Assembly: GCA_040384685.1 (NCBI GenBank)
Contig: JAZKIV010000036.1
Location: 44,445 to 108,444, forward strand
Direction: 5' to 3'
DNA: 64,000 nt
From: Pseudomonadota bacterium
GTDB taxonomy: Bacteria; Pseudomonadota; Gammaproteobacteria; Burkholderiales; Burkholderiaceae_C
The translations under genes were made by a program, and so were the position numbers. Of this stretch, positions 39,170 through 50,846 are shown piece after piece. Position 1 is the stretch's first letter. Every line of letters starts with the position of its first letter. Below the pieces are notes generated by a model. The model was not told the origin of the DNA and did no database searches. It saw only the letters and a program-made list of their open reading frames with translations.

Positions 39170-40345
39170 ATGACGACCCAACGCCACCGCCCCGCGCGCC
39201 TGCAGCACATCGCCGGCATCGGCGTCGACCGCATGGGGTCGATCGCCGACGCCTCGGGCGAAGACTACCTGCGCCTGGAGAACCTGGACGTGGACATTCC
39301 GCCGGATGCCGACGCCATCGAGCGCACCCGGCTGGCCGCCAGCACCGACGCCGACAACAGCTACCTGCCCTTCGTCGGCCAGGCCGCCCTGCGCGACGTG
39401 GCGGCTCGGCACGTGAGCCAGCTGTCCGGCGTGCCATACAGCGGCGAGCGCAACTGCGTCATCAGCGCCGGGGGCCTGTCGGGCATCCTCAACGTGCTGC
39501 TGGCCACCATCGAGGTCGGCGACGAGGTGATCGTCACCGACCCGACTTACGCCGGCCTGCTCAACCGCATCCGCCTGGCCGGCGGCGTTCCGCGTTTCAT
39601 GCCCTTCCTTTTCCAGCCGGGCGCGCCGTGGAAGCTGGACCGCGACGCGCTGCGCGCCGCCGTCACGCCGAAGACGCGCGCCATGCTGCTGATGTCGCCA
39701 TCCATGCCTTCGGGCGGCATGCTGGATGCGGGCGACTGGTCGCTGGCGGCCGAGCTGTGCGTGCAGCACGACCTGCTGCTGATCCTGGACAGCGCCATGG
39801 AGCGGCTGGTGTTCGACGGCGCGCCGGTGATCCATCCGGCCGGGCTGCCGGGCATGGCCGGGCGCACCATCACCATCGGCGCGGCATCGAAAGAGCTGCG
39901 CATGATCGGCTGGCGCGTCGGCTGGATCGTCGCGCCGGAGGCCTTCATGCCGGACCTGGTGGCGGTATCGATGGCCAACGTGGTGGTGCCGGTCGGCATC
40001 GCGCAGGATGCGGCCGCCATCGCGCTGCGCGGCTCCTACGCCACCCTGCCCGCCTACGTGGCCGAACTGCAGGCGCGCCGCGACCTGCTGATGCGCGAGC
40101 TCGACGGCCTGCCGGTCGGCCTGCCGATGGGCGGCTGGTCGATGCTGCTGCGCGTCTCGGATTTCGGCCTCGATGGCGCCGCCATGTCCCAGCGGCTGCT
40201 GGCCGAGAAGATCTGCGCGACGGCCATGGGCGGCTGGGGCGAAGCGCATGGCCCGCAGTACATCCGCTTCGTCTTCGCCAACGAGCCTGTGGCGCGGCTG
40301 CAAGGCATCGGAGCCCGCATCCGGCGGGCGCTCGGCCTGGCCTGA
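39170..40345 (+). CDS. PLP-dependent class I/II aminotransferase
   Basis: TDPTY, SPSMPSG, ASKELRMIGWRVG. Confidence 0.88.
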   Translation: MTTQRHRPARLQHIAGIGVDRMGSIADASGEDYLRLENLDVDIPPDADAIERTRLAASTDADNSYLPFVGQAALRDVAARHVSQLSGVPYSGERNCVISAGGLSGILNVLLATIEVGDEVIVTDPTYAGLLNRIRLAGGVPRFMPFLFQPGAPWKLDRDALRAAVTPKTRAMLLMSPSMPSGGMLDAGDWSLAAELCVQHDLLLILDSAMERLVFDGAPVIHPAGLPGMAGRTITIGAASKELRMIGWRVGWIVAPEAFMPDLVAVSMANVVVPVGIAQDAAAIALRGSYATLPAYVAELQARRDLLMRELDGLPVGLPMGGWSMLLRVSDFGLDGAAMSQRLLAEKICATAMGGWGEAHGPQYIRFVFANEPVARLQGIGARIRRALGLA

Positions 40346-40362
40346 GCGACAATCCGGGCGCT

Positions 40363-41424
40363 TTGACGACCGACCTGTTTGGGGAGATTCCGGACGGCGA
40401 CCCGCCGGACAAGAAGAAACGCGGCAAGCCACCGGCGGGCCCGCGCGACGCCGCCCGCGTGAACCCCAGCCCGGCCGATCCGCAGTCCGAGGAACTGGCC
40501 GCGCGGCTGCCCGGCCGGCTGCACATGGGCACCTCGTCCTGGAATTTCCCGGGCTGGAAGGGCCTGGTCTGGGACAAGGACTACGCCGATGCCGTGCTGT
40601 CGCGCCACGGCCTGGCGGCCTATGCACAGCATCCGATGCTGCGTTCGGTCAGCCTGGACCGGTCCTTCTACCGGCCGCTCACGGCCACCCAGTACGCCGG
40701 CTACGCCGCCCAGGTCCCGGACCATTTCCGCTTCATCGTGAAGGCGCCCAGCCTGGTGTCCGACGCCCTGGTGCGCGGCGAGGACGGCCGCGGCATGCAG
40801 GCCAACCCGGCGTTCCTGAGCCCGGAGCTGGCGGTCACCGAATTCGTTCAGCCGGCCCTGGAAGGCCTGGGCCCGAAGATCGGCGCGCTGGTGTTCCAGC
40901 TGAGCCCGCTGCCACCGTCCTGGCTGGCCAACATCCCGGAAATGCTGGACCGGCTGGCGGCAATGCTGGCTGCCCTGCCGCCGCTCAAGCCGATGGCGCC
41001 CGACGGGGTGATCGCGGTGGAGGTGCGCAACCCCGAACTGCTGACGCCGGCTTTCGCCGCCGTGCTGAAGCAGGCCGGCGCCACCTACTGCCTGGGGCTG
41101 CACGCCAAGATGCCGCCGATCGAGGAGCAGCTGCCGCTGCTGCGGGCGCTCTGGCCCGGGCCGCTGGTGTGCCGCTGGAACCTGCACCGCAAGCACGGTG
41201 CCTACGGCTATGAGGAGGCGAAAAAGCTGTACGAGCCGTACGACCGCATGGTCGACCCGGACCCGGACACCCGCGAGACGCTGGCGAAAGTGATCGCCGC
41301 GACCACGGCGGCCGGCCTGCCGGCTTACGTCACCTGCAACAACAAGGCCGAAGGCTCGGCCCCGCTCACCGTGCTGGAACTCGGGCGCGCCGTGCTGGCA
41401 CATGAGCCGAAGGTTTTAAAGTGA
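40363..41424 (+). CDS. DUF72 (YecE-like) protein
   Basis: MGTSSWNFPGW, DRSFY, FRFIVKAP, NNKAEG; probable TTG start. Confidence 0.85.
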   Translation: MTTDLFGEIPDGDPPDKKKRGKPPAGPRDAARVNPSPADPQSEELAARLPGRLHMGTSSWNFPGWKGLVWDKDYADAVLSRHGLAAYAQHPMLRSVSLDRSFYRPLTATQYAGYAAQVPDHFRFIVKAPSLVSDALVRGEDGRGMQANPAFLSPELAVTEFVQPALEGLGPKIGALVFQLSPLPPSWLANIPEMLDRLAAMLAALPPLKPMAPDGVIAVEVRNPELLTPAFAAVLKQAGATYCLGLHAKMPPIEEQLPLLRALWPGPLVCRWNLHRKHGAYGYEEAKKLYEPYDRMVDPDPDTRETLAKVIAATTAAGLPAYVTCNNKAEGSAPLTVLELGRAVLAHEPKVLK

Positions 41425-41576
41425 CTCATCCGTGACAGGAAGCAACACTATTAGTTACCATCTTGTCGTCTGATGTGTCGTTTGTTGTCAACTTCCTCAC
41501 AAGAATGAACTCAAGTTGGCCTACGATGTATCTACCGTGTGTTGCACTAATTTCCCATTTCGCTCCGGCAGATCCC

Positions 41577-41924
41577 ATGCGTTGGCTGAAACCGAATCTT
41601 AGAAGCAGCATCTATGGCTTGCTGGGCCAGCAGGCGCCCACGCCCTCGGAATCGGTCCTGGAAAACAGCACCGAAGACATCCGGGAAGCCATGCTCGCCC
41701 TGCTCGGCGACGACGGCCCCAAACGCTTCGCCTCGATCACCCGCCGCATCCGCTACGCCAACGACATCCAGGGCCTGTGGTACCTGCGCGGCGACCTGAT
41801 GGCCGCGCTGGCCACCCTGCACGGCGAAGCCGAAGCCCGCAAGCGGGTGCAGGGCATCACCGAAATGTTCCAGGGCCTGCTGCCCGGCAGCCTGACCTCC
41901 CGCCCCAGCCCCCTGATGGGCTGA
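41577..41924 (+). CDS. small hypothetical protein
   Basis: 115-aa ORF with host-like codon usage (MRWLKP...LWYLRGDLM). Confidence 0.7.
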   Translation: MRWLKPNLRSSIYGLLGQQAPTPSESVLENSTEDIREAMLALLGDDGPKRFASITRRIRYANDIQGLWYLRGDLMAALATLHGEAEARKRVQGITEMFQGLLPGSLTSRPSPLMG

Positions 41925-41963
41925 AGGGATTGACCGGCCAACCGGTCGGTCAACCAGCCTCCT

Positions 41964-44513
<2,550 letters not shown>

Positions 44514-44528
44514 CCCGATCTCCTCGTT

Positions 44529-45161
44529 TCAGGTCTTGAACTCGTCCAGCCAGCGCAGCAGCGCACGCTCGTTCTCAGTGCCGGCGGCGAAGCGCTCGCG
44601 CAGCGCCGCGTGCGATTCGGGCACGTGCTGGTTCATCTTGAGCTTGCACTGCCAGGCGGTCACGTCCAGCTCGAAGGCGACGACGGCATTCAGCATCATG
44701 CCGGTGTAGTCGTCCGGCAGGTCGCGCCACTGCTGCGCGTACGGCGGCTCGTGCGCGCCGATCAGTTTCTTCAACAGCGCGTCCTTGGGCCCGGCGTCGT
44801 CCACCAGCCGGGCCTGCACCGTGCAGTGCACGGCCAGGTAGTTCCAGCTCGGCACGCGCGCCAGGTCCGGGTAGACGCCGGGCGAGATGTAGGCATGCGG
44901 GCCGAGGAAGGCCACCCGCGCGGTGGGCCGGGCCTGCAGGTAGCGCCAGTGCGCATTGGGCTTGGCGCAGTGCCCGAGCAGCACCCAGCGCGGCGGCTGC
45001 CCCTCGGCCTCCGGCGCGCGCTCTTCCAGCAGCAGCGGCAGGTGCGTGACGTACGGCAGGCCGTCGTCGTCGCAGGAAATCAGGCTGGCGAACGGGTACT
45101 CGCGCATCAGCCGCGCAGCGATGGCGCGGTCTTCCGACTTGAACCGTGGCGGGACGTACAT
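44529..45161 (-). CDS. PaiB-like FMN-binding split-barrel protein
   Basis: THLPLL, GHCAKPNAHW, GPHAYISP, VPSWNY, KLKMNQ. Confidence 0.88.
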   Translation of the reverse strand: MYVPPRFKSEDRAIAARLMREYPFASLISCDDDGLPYVTHLPLLLEERAPEAEGQPPRWVLLGHCAKPNAHWRYLQARPTARVAFLGPHAYISPGVYPDLARVPSWNYLAVHCTVQARLVDDAGPKDALLKKLIGAHEPPYAQQWRDLPDDYTGMMLNAVVAFELDVTAWQCKLKMNQHVPESHAALRERFAAGTENERALLRWLDEFKT

Positions 45162-45210
45162 GGCGCCATTGTGCACGCCGCATCGCGGCTGCTCGACGGC
45201 CGCCGCGGCC

Positions 45211-46215
45211 TTACGGCTCCAGGTTGGACAGCGCGCGCGCCCAGATCTCGGTGGCGCCGGGCTGGGTGCCCGGGTCGTGCAGCGCGGCGCGGCCGAAGCC
45301 GAGCGGCAGGCGCATCTGCGTGCCGGCGACTTCGGTGCGCAGCTCCGGCACGGCGAAGGCCGCCAGGTGCGCCTGCACCGCCGCCGCGTCGGCGCCGGGC
45401 AGCAGCGCGCAGAAGTCGGCGCCGCCCAGGCTGCCCAGCGCGCCGCGGTCCGGCAGGCGCCGCCGCAGCTCGTGCGCCACCGCCTGGCGCAGCGCGTCCT
45501 GCCGCAACTTGCTGCCGGAGACCAGCTGCTTGAAGTCCTTCACCCGCACGTAGCACAGCGCCAGCGACGTGCCGCCCGCGCGCGTGTCGGCGACGGCGCG
45601 CGCCACCAGGTCGCGGAAGCTGCGCACGCTCCAGCAGCCGGTCACGCTGTCGAAGTGGCCGCGCCGCTCCATCTCGCCCAGCCGCGCCACCACGCGGCGG
45701 TGCACCGTGCCCAGGGCGTCAAACTGCAGCTCGGTCTCGGCCAGCCGGGCCAGGTCCTGCAGGGCCAGCACGTCGCTCTGGCGGAAGGCGCGCGGCTCCA
45801 CGTGCATGGCGCACAGCGCGCCGCCGCGCACGCCGGGCATGCGCTGCAGCGGCACGCCGAGGAACGAGCGCACCTGCGGCCCGCCGGTGATCAGCGGGTT
45901 GTGCCAGAACAGCGGGTTGATCGATGCGTCGGGCACCAGCAGCGGCTGCGTGTCCAGGATGTGCGGATCGCAGAACGCCAGCGCGTGGCTCGCCAGCGTG
46001 GCCGGCAGCCCCTGCACCGCGCGCAGCGCATGCGCGTCGTCCTGCCAGGTGGTGACGAAAGCGATGGGGATCTCCAGCAGGCGCATCGCGGTGCGCGTGA
46101 TGCGCTCGAACCGCTGGTCGCTCGGAACCGGCTTCGGCGGCGCCGGCGGCACGGTCTCCGGCCCCAGCGTGTCCAGCTGCAGCACCTCATGCTCCGCAAA
46201 GGGAATGCTCAACAT
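45211..46215 (-). CDS. GAF domain plus degenerate GGDEF-like domain protein
   Basis: FERITR...AFC...PDA...NPLITGGPQVRSFLGVPL GAF; D.VTG.WS and LGGADF in place of GGDEF. Confidence 0.75.
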   Translation of the reverse strand: MLSIPFAEHEVLQLDTLGPETVPPAPPKPVPSDQRFERITRTAMRLLEIPIAFVTTWQDDAHALRAVQGLPATLASHALAFCDPHILDTQPLLVPDASINPLFWHNPLITGGPQVRSFLGVPLQRMPGVRGGALCAMHVEPRAFRQSDVLALQDLARLAETELQFDALGTVHRRVVARLGEMERRGHFDSVTGCWSVRSFRDLVARAVADTRAGGTSLALCYVRVKDFKQLVSGSKLRQDALRQAVAHELRRRLPDRGALGSLGGADFCALLPGADAAAVQAHLAAFAVPELRTEVAGTQMRLPLGFGRAALHDPGTQPGATEIWARALSNLEP

Positions 46216-46313
46216 CTTCACGGCTCCAGCAGTTGTTTGAAGCAATGTAGAAGCGCGCCGCCCACAGCGCGTAGGGCAATTGCCTAGCGGGGATGCTCGA
46301 TTGGCGTAGGGGT

Positions 46314-46805
46314 CTAGTTCAGCCGCTTGATCGACAGCAGCATCTCGATGCGGGCCACGGGCTGGTCGCCGAATTCCTCCGGCGCCGTCACCAGCACCTC
46401 GATCGGGGTTTCGATGCGTTGCCGCGTGCGCGCCGCCTCCTCGCACACGCGCGACAGTTCCTCGCCCTGGATGCAGGTGAAATGCGCGCGGCCACCCACG
46501 CGCTTGTAGAACTGCGCGGACGAGGTCTTCACGATCGGCGGCACGACGTGGCCGGTGGCGAACATGTAGCGGATCGGGAACACGCCGGCCACCAGGTCGG
46601 CCGCGATGCTGAAGGCGCCGATGAACATGGAGTCGTGCAGGTTGCGGGTGCGCCGCGACAGCGGCACGCTGACCACCACCTTTTGCGCCGACAGCTCCTC
46701 CAGGCGCGGCTGCACGTAGCGCATCATCGGCACCCGCCGGACCGCCAGGTGGAACATCGCCTTCGCTTGCAGGCTTTGGGGCAGCAGGCCGATCAGCTTG
46801 TTCAT
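46314..46805 (-). CDS. hotdog-fold thioesterase-like protein (DUF4442/YiiD-like)
   Basis: TRNLHDSMFIGA, FYKRVGG...F.C. Confidence 0.75.
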   Translation of the reverse strand: MNKLIGLLPQSLQAKAMFHLAVRRVPMMRYVQPRLEELSAQKVVVSVPLSRRTRNLHDSMFIGAFSIAADLVAGVFPIRYMFATGHVVPPIVKTSSAQFYKRVGGRAHFTCIQGEELSRVCEEAARTRQRIETPIEVLVTAPEEFGDQPVARIEMLLSIKRLN

Positions 46806-46809
46806 GGCG

Positions 46810-47340
46810 TCATCGCTCCATCGCGGCGCGGGTCAGGCGGTCGGCTTCGATCCAGGCGCTGATCGCGCCCGGGAACGCCGGCGAAGCGGGGTCGGAGCCG
46901 AGCGCGGCGCGTGTCTCGGTGCTGCTGACGATGCCGCTGCGCCCGATGATCGCGCCCTTCAGGTGGCCGGCCGCCATGGTCTTGCCGTCCTGCAGGAATT
47001 CGAAGCGGAAGTAGCTCCAGCGCTCGTCCCAGCAGGCCATGGTGGTGCGCAGCGTGTAGCGGCGAAACGGCTTCAGCGCATGGCGGAACGACACCATCGC
47101 GCCGCCGAGCATCGGCAGCCAGCCCTTGCGCCGGGCGATGCGGAAGAACCCGGCGCGGCCGAAGTACTCGACCACGATGAGGTCGGTGATGGTCAGGTAG
47201 CGGCCGTTGTTCATGTGGCCATTGACGTCGAGGTCGCCCGGCCACACGCGCATCGTCATCTCGATGGTGTCGCCCAGGCGGATCGGCGGTTTCAGCCGCA
47301 TCCCCAGCCAGGTGAGCAACAGGCGCAGGTAGAGGTTCAT
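46810..47340 (-). CDS. acyl-CoA thioesterase (4HBT-like)
   Basis: RVWPGDLDVNGHMNNGRYL; ATGA overlap with the ligase gene. Confidence 0.85.
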   Translation of the reverse strand: MNLYLRLLLTWLGMRLKPPIRLGDTIEMTMRVWPGDLDVNGHMNNGRYLTITDLIVVEYFGRAGFFRIARRKGWLPMLGGAMVSFRHALKPFRRYTLRTTMACWDERWSYFRFEFLQDGKTMAAGHLKGAIIGRSGIVSSTETRAALGSDPASPAFPGAISAWIEADRLTRAAMER

Positions 47341-48935
47341 GCGCGGACGTCCTTTTGCGCCATGCGCTGTGCGTCCTGCGCCCGCAGGGTCTGGCGCAGG
47401 ATCTTGCCCGCCGCGCTTTTCGGGATGGCGGCGCAGGCGACGACCTCGGCGAGCTGCTTGTAGTCCGCCAGGTGCTGCCCGGCCCAGGCCTGGATGCGCT
47501 CGGGCGCATGCGAGCCGTCGTCCAGCGTCCGCGTCACCACGTAGGCCACCGGCAGCTCGCCGGCGCGCTCGTCGGGCCGGCCGATGACGGCCGCGTCGAC
47601 CACCGCGGGATGCCCGGCCAGCAGGGCCTCGAGTTCGGCCGGGGCCACCTGGAAGCCCTTCACCTTGATCAGCTCCTTCAGGCGGCCGGTGATGGAGAGA
47701 TAGCCGTCCGCATCGAACACGCCCAGGTCGCCGGTGCGCACCCAGCCGTCGGCGGTGAGCGTTTCCTGTGTCGCCGCGGGCTGCCGCCAGTAGCCGGTGA
47801 AGGCCTGCGGGCCGCGGAACCACAGCTCCCCCGGCGTGCCCGGCGGCAGGTCCGCGCCACTGGCCGGATCGACCACGCGCGCCTGCGTCCCCGGCAGCAG
47901 GCAGCCGCTGGAGCCGGGCCGGACGCGCCGCGGCGGATTCACCGTGATGCAGCCCGACGACTCGGTCATCCCGAAGCCCTGGCCGACCTGGCACTCCAGG
48001 CGCCCGGCGACCTTGCGCTCCAGCGCCTCGCCCAGCGGCGCGGCGCCGCACCCCACCATTTCCAGCGACGACAGGTCGTGGGCATCGACCAGCGGATGCA
48101 GCGCCAGGAACTGCATCACCGGCGGCACGGTGCTCAGGTAGGACACGCGGTGGGTGGCGATGGCCTGGAGGAAGGACGCCGGCTCGAAGCGGCCCAGCGT
48201 GACCACCTTGGCGCCCGTGGCCAGCCCGCACAGGGTAACGATGGTGAAGCCGGTGATGTGGAACATCGGCAGGAAGGCCAGCATCACCGCGCCCGCCGGC
48301 GTCGGCCAGACCTGCGTGTACTGGCGGATGTTGGTGACCAGCGCGCGGTGGCTGAGCATCACGCCCTTGGGCATGCCGGTGGTGCCGGAGGAATACGGCA
48401 GTGCCGCCAGCGCATCCGGCGCCGCGCATCCGGCCGGCTCAGCGTCGTCGCAAGCAAGCAGGCCGGCGAAGCCGATGCAGCCCGCCGCGTCTCCCGTCAG
48501 CACGATGCGCACGTCGTCGATGCCCGCCACCGCTTCGCGCACGGTCGCCAGCAGCACAGGGGCGGTGAACACGAAGCGCGCGCCGCAGTCGCGCAGCTGC
48601 CGCGCCAGGTCGGCGGCGCCGTAGCCGGGGTTGGCGCCGCTCACCACACCGCCGGCCGCCATGGCGCCGAAGGCGGCGACCGGCCAGTCCGGCGAATTGG
48701 GGGCGAACATCAGCAGCACGTCGCCCGGCCGCAGGCCGCAGGCGGCCCAGCCCGCGGCGCAGCGGCCGATCGCGTGGTCCAGTTCGCCGTAAGTGAGCTG
48801 CACGCCGGTGTCGCCGTCCAGCAGCGCGACCTGGCCGGGACGCTGCCGCGCGCCCGCGCGGATGAAGTCCGGCAGGTTCAGCGGCGGCACCGCGGCGGCA
48901 AGGGCGGGTCCCTCGATCACGGTTCGCGCGCCCAT
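47337..48935 (-). CDS. 4-coumarate-CoA-ligase-like acyl/aryl-CoA ligase
   Basis: LPYSSGTTGMPKGV, GQGFGMTE, RTGDLG, KELIKVKGFQVAPAELE. Confidence 0.88.
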   Translation of the reverse strand: MGARTVIEGPALAAAVPPLNLPDFIRAGARQRPGQVALLDGDTGVQLTYGELDHAIGRCAAGWAACGLRPGDVLLMFAPNSPDWPVAAFGAMAAGGVVSGANPGYGAADLARQLRDCGARFVFTAPVLLATVREAVAGIDDVRIVLTGDAAGCIGFAGLLACDDAEPAGCAAPDALAALPYSSGTTGMPKGVMLSHRALVTNIRQYTQVWPTPAGAVMLAFLPMFHITGFTIVTLCGLATGAKVVTLGRFEPASFLQAIATHRVSYLSTVPPVMQFLALHPLVDAHDLSSLEMVGCGAAPLGEALERKVAGRLECQVGQGFGMTESSGCITVNPPRRVRPGSSGCLLPGTQARVVDPASGADLPPGTPGELWFRGPQAFTGYWRQPAATQETLTADGWVRTGDLGVFDADGYLSITGRLKELIKVKGFQVAPAELEALLAGHPAVVDAAVIGRPDERAGELPVAYVVTRTLDDGSHAPERIQAWAGQHLADYKQLAEVVACAAIPKSAAGKILRQTLRAQDAQRMAQKDVRA

Positions 48936-49435
48936 GGGCCGGACCCGGTGCGCCGCAGCACGGCAGCGCGCTTGCCGAACGGCGCCGGCGTGACCTTGAA
49001 CGCCAGGTTCCACAGCTCGATGCGCTCCACCTCGATCTTCACGAAGACCGCATCGGGATCGTCCGCGCCGGCGGGGAACACCGCGTTCCACGCCGGGTTC
49101 CAGCGGCTTGCCAGCTCCGAAGGATCGTCGAGCAGGACCGCGCGGCCGCCGAATGCCGCATAGGCGCTGTCCGGGTCGTGCTGGTAGCCGACGGTGACGC
49201 GGGCGTCGCGCCGGATCTCCGCCGCCTTGCGCGAGGCCTTGCTGGTGAGGAACCAGACCGTCCACGCGTCCTCGCCCGGCACGCCCGGGATCTGCGAGAC
49301 CACGCGCGCATGCGGCGCGCCGTCCTCGCCCACGGTCGCGATCCAGCAGTGCCTGGCCGCCAGCGCCGTGCTGCGCGCGGCCGCCAGCAGCTGTTCGACG
49401 TGCGCGGCCTCCTGGCCGTCATCCGCAGACATCAT
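48917..49435 (-). CDS. PNPOx-like / general stress protein 26 flavin-binding protein
   Basis: PHARVV, WFLTSKASRK, IEVERIELW. Confidence 0.8.
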   Translation of the reverse strand: MMSADDGQEAAHVEQLLAAARSTALAARHCWIATVGEDGAPHARVVSQIPGVPGEDAWTVWFLTSKASRKAAEIRRDARVTVGYQHDPDSAYAAFGGRAVLLDDPSELASRWNPAWNAVFPAGADDPDAVFVKIEVERIELWNLAFKVTPAPFGKRAAVLRRTGSGPWAREP

Positions 49436-49470
49436 CCCGCCTCCTTTGTGCACCCTGCCCGAGCATCGCC

Positions 49471-49689
49471 TTATTCGAGCACGGCGGCAAACTTGGCGAA
49501 GGCGTATTCGGTCGCCCGCTCCCTGGCTTGCGGGCCGACGAAGATCGCCACCAGCGCGTCGCCGGCGGCCTCCTGCTGCGTGGCCTCGACCTGCCAGGCG
49601 TCGGTGCGTGCCGCGGAGGCGGACACGCTGGCCGCGATCTCGATGCGCGACAACTCGGGCGCGGCGTTTTTCTGCTTTCCATGGGACAT
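49471..49689 (-). CDS. 72-aa hypothetical protein
   Basis: Short ORF filling the gap in a same-strand gene run; IFVGPQARERATEYA. Confidence 0.5.
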   Translation of the reverse strand: MSHGKQKNAAPELSRIEIAASVSASAARTDAWQVEATQQEAAGDALVAIFVGPQARERATEYAFAKFAAVLE

Positions 49690-49721
49690 GGCTGGAACCT
49701 TTCTTGCTGGATGGAATGTGC

Positions 49722-50846
49722 TCACGCGGCCTGGGGTGGCCCCCAGGACAGCACATGGGCCTGGTCGGGCGGAACGCGCCGCCCGAGAAGATCGAGGTAG
49801 GTGCGCTGCACGGCCGCCGGCCCGCTCAGGCGCACGATGTCGACGCAGTTCGGCACGGCCTGCGCCAGCTCGGCCCAGGCCGCGTCGCAGCGCGCCAGGA
49901 AGCGCCCGGCGCCCCACTCCTGCACCCGCTTGTGGCTTTGCGCCGGCGCGAAGAACAGCACCGGCTGCACGCCGGGCACGGCCTGCTCCGCGGCGGTCTT
50001 GTTCCAGTGCGTCAGGCCGACCCGGCAGCTGTAGCGCAACTGCTCGCCCAAATGGCGGTGCACGGCGCCGACCACCTCCGCGTTGCCGGCCATGTCGACG
50101 AACACCGCCGGCGCATCCGCGGGAATCGACGCGACGTCTTCGTACGCGATCGCCCCGTCGAAGAAGCCGGTGCGCCGCACGAAGCCGATGTTGGCCGCGG
50201 AGGTCAGCCCGATCACCTGCGGCCGGTCGGGCCGGCGCGACAGCAGGCAAGCGAGGCCAAGCGCCGTCTTGCTCGACGCGCTGGCGATGACCACCCGGCG
50301 GGCGCCGAAGAAGCCCTGGTCCGCCAGGAAATCGTCGAGCAGGAAGGCGGTGTTGAACAGCGGCTTGAACACGGCCTGCAGGTCTTCGGCGCGTGCATCG
50401 GCCCGCGCGCCCGGCGCCGTGTAGGCATAGCGGTTGTAGACCGCCGGCAGCTCACGGCGGTGCGGCGTGATCTCATCGACATGGCCGCCGGCCGCATCGC
50501 CGAATTCGCCCACGGCGCGGGTCGACATCGGGTGGTAGCCGAACAGGCGGCCGCCGGCTTCGATGTGCGGATGCCGCGACGCCAGCACGTCGGCGTAGCC
50601 CCACACCGGCACCCTGCCCCAGCCCGGCGGCGCGGGGAAGAACTTCCAGAAGCCCATGGCTTCGCCGAGCGCCGCGTAGGTGACGTTGTTGGCCGTCAGC
50701 CCGAAGCTGTCGATGCCCAGCAGCACCTGGCCGGGGCGCAGTTCCGCTGGTGCGGGCTCGGCAGGCGCGAACCTGCAGTCGCTCAGGTCGCGCCGGTTCA
50801 CCAGGAAGTCGAGCGGCCCCGGCCCAGGGTCCGGCGCCTGCGTCAC
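49722..50846 (-). CDS. DUF2855 family protein
   Basis: LTANNVTYA, VPVWG, SASSKTA, FFAP; GTGA overlap. Confidence 0.8.
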   Translation of the reverse strand: MTQAPDPGPGPLDFLVNRRDLSDCRFAPAEPAPAELRPGQVLLGIDSFGLTANNVTYAALGEAMGFWKFFPAPPGWGRVPVWGYADVLASRHPHIEAGGRLFGYHPMSTRAVGEFGDAAGGHVDEITPHRRELPAVYNRYAYTAPGARADARAEDLQAVFKPLFNTAFLLDDFLADQGFFGARRVVIASASSKTALGLACLLSRRPDRPQVIGLTSAANIGFVRRTGFFDGAIAYEDVASIPADAPAVFVDMAGNAEVVGAVHRHLGEQLRYSCRVGLTHWNKTAAEQAVPGVQPVLFFAPAQSHKRVQEWGAGRFLARCDAAWAELAQAVPNCVDIVRLSGPAAVQRTYLDLLGRRVPPDQAHVLSWGPPQAA

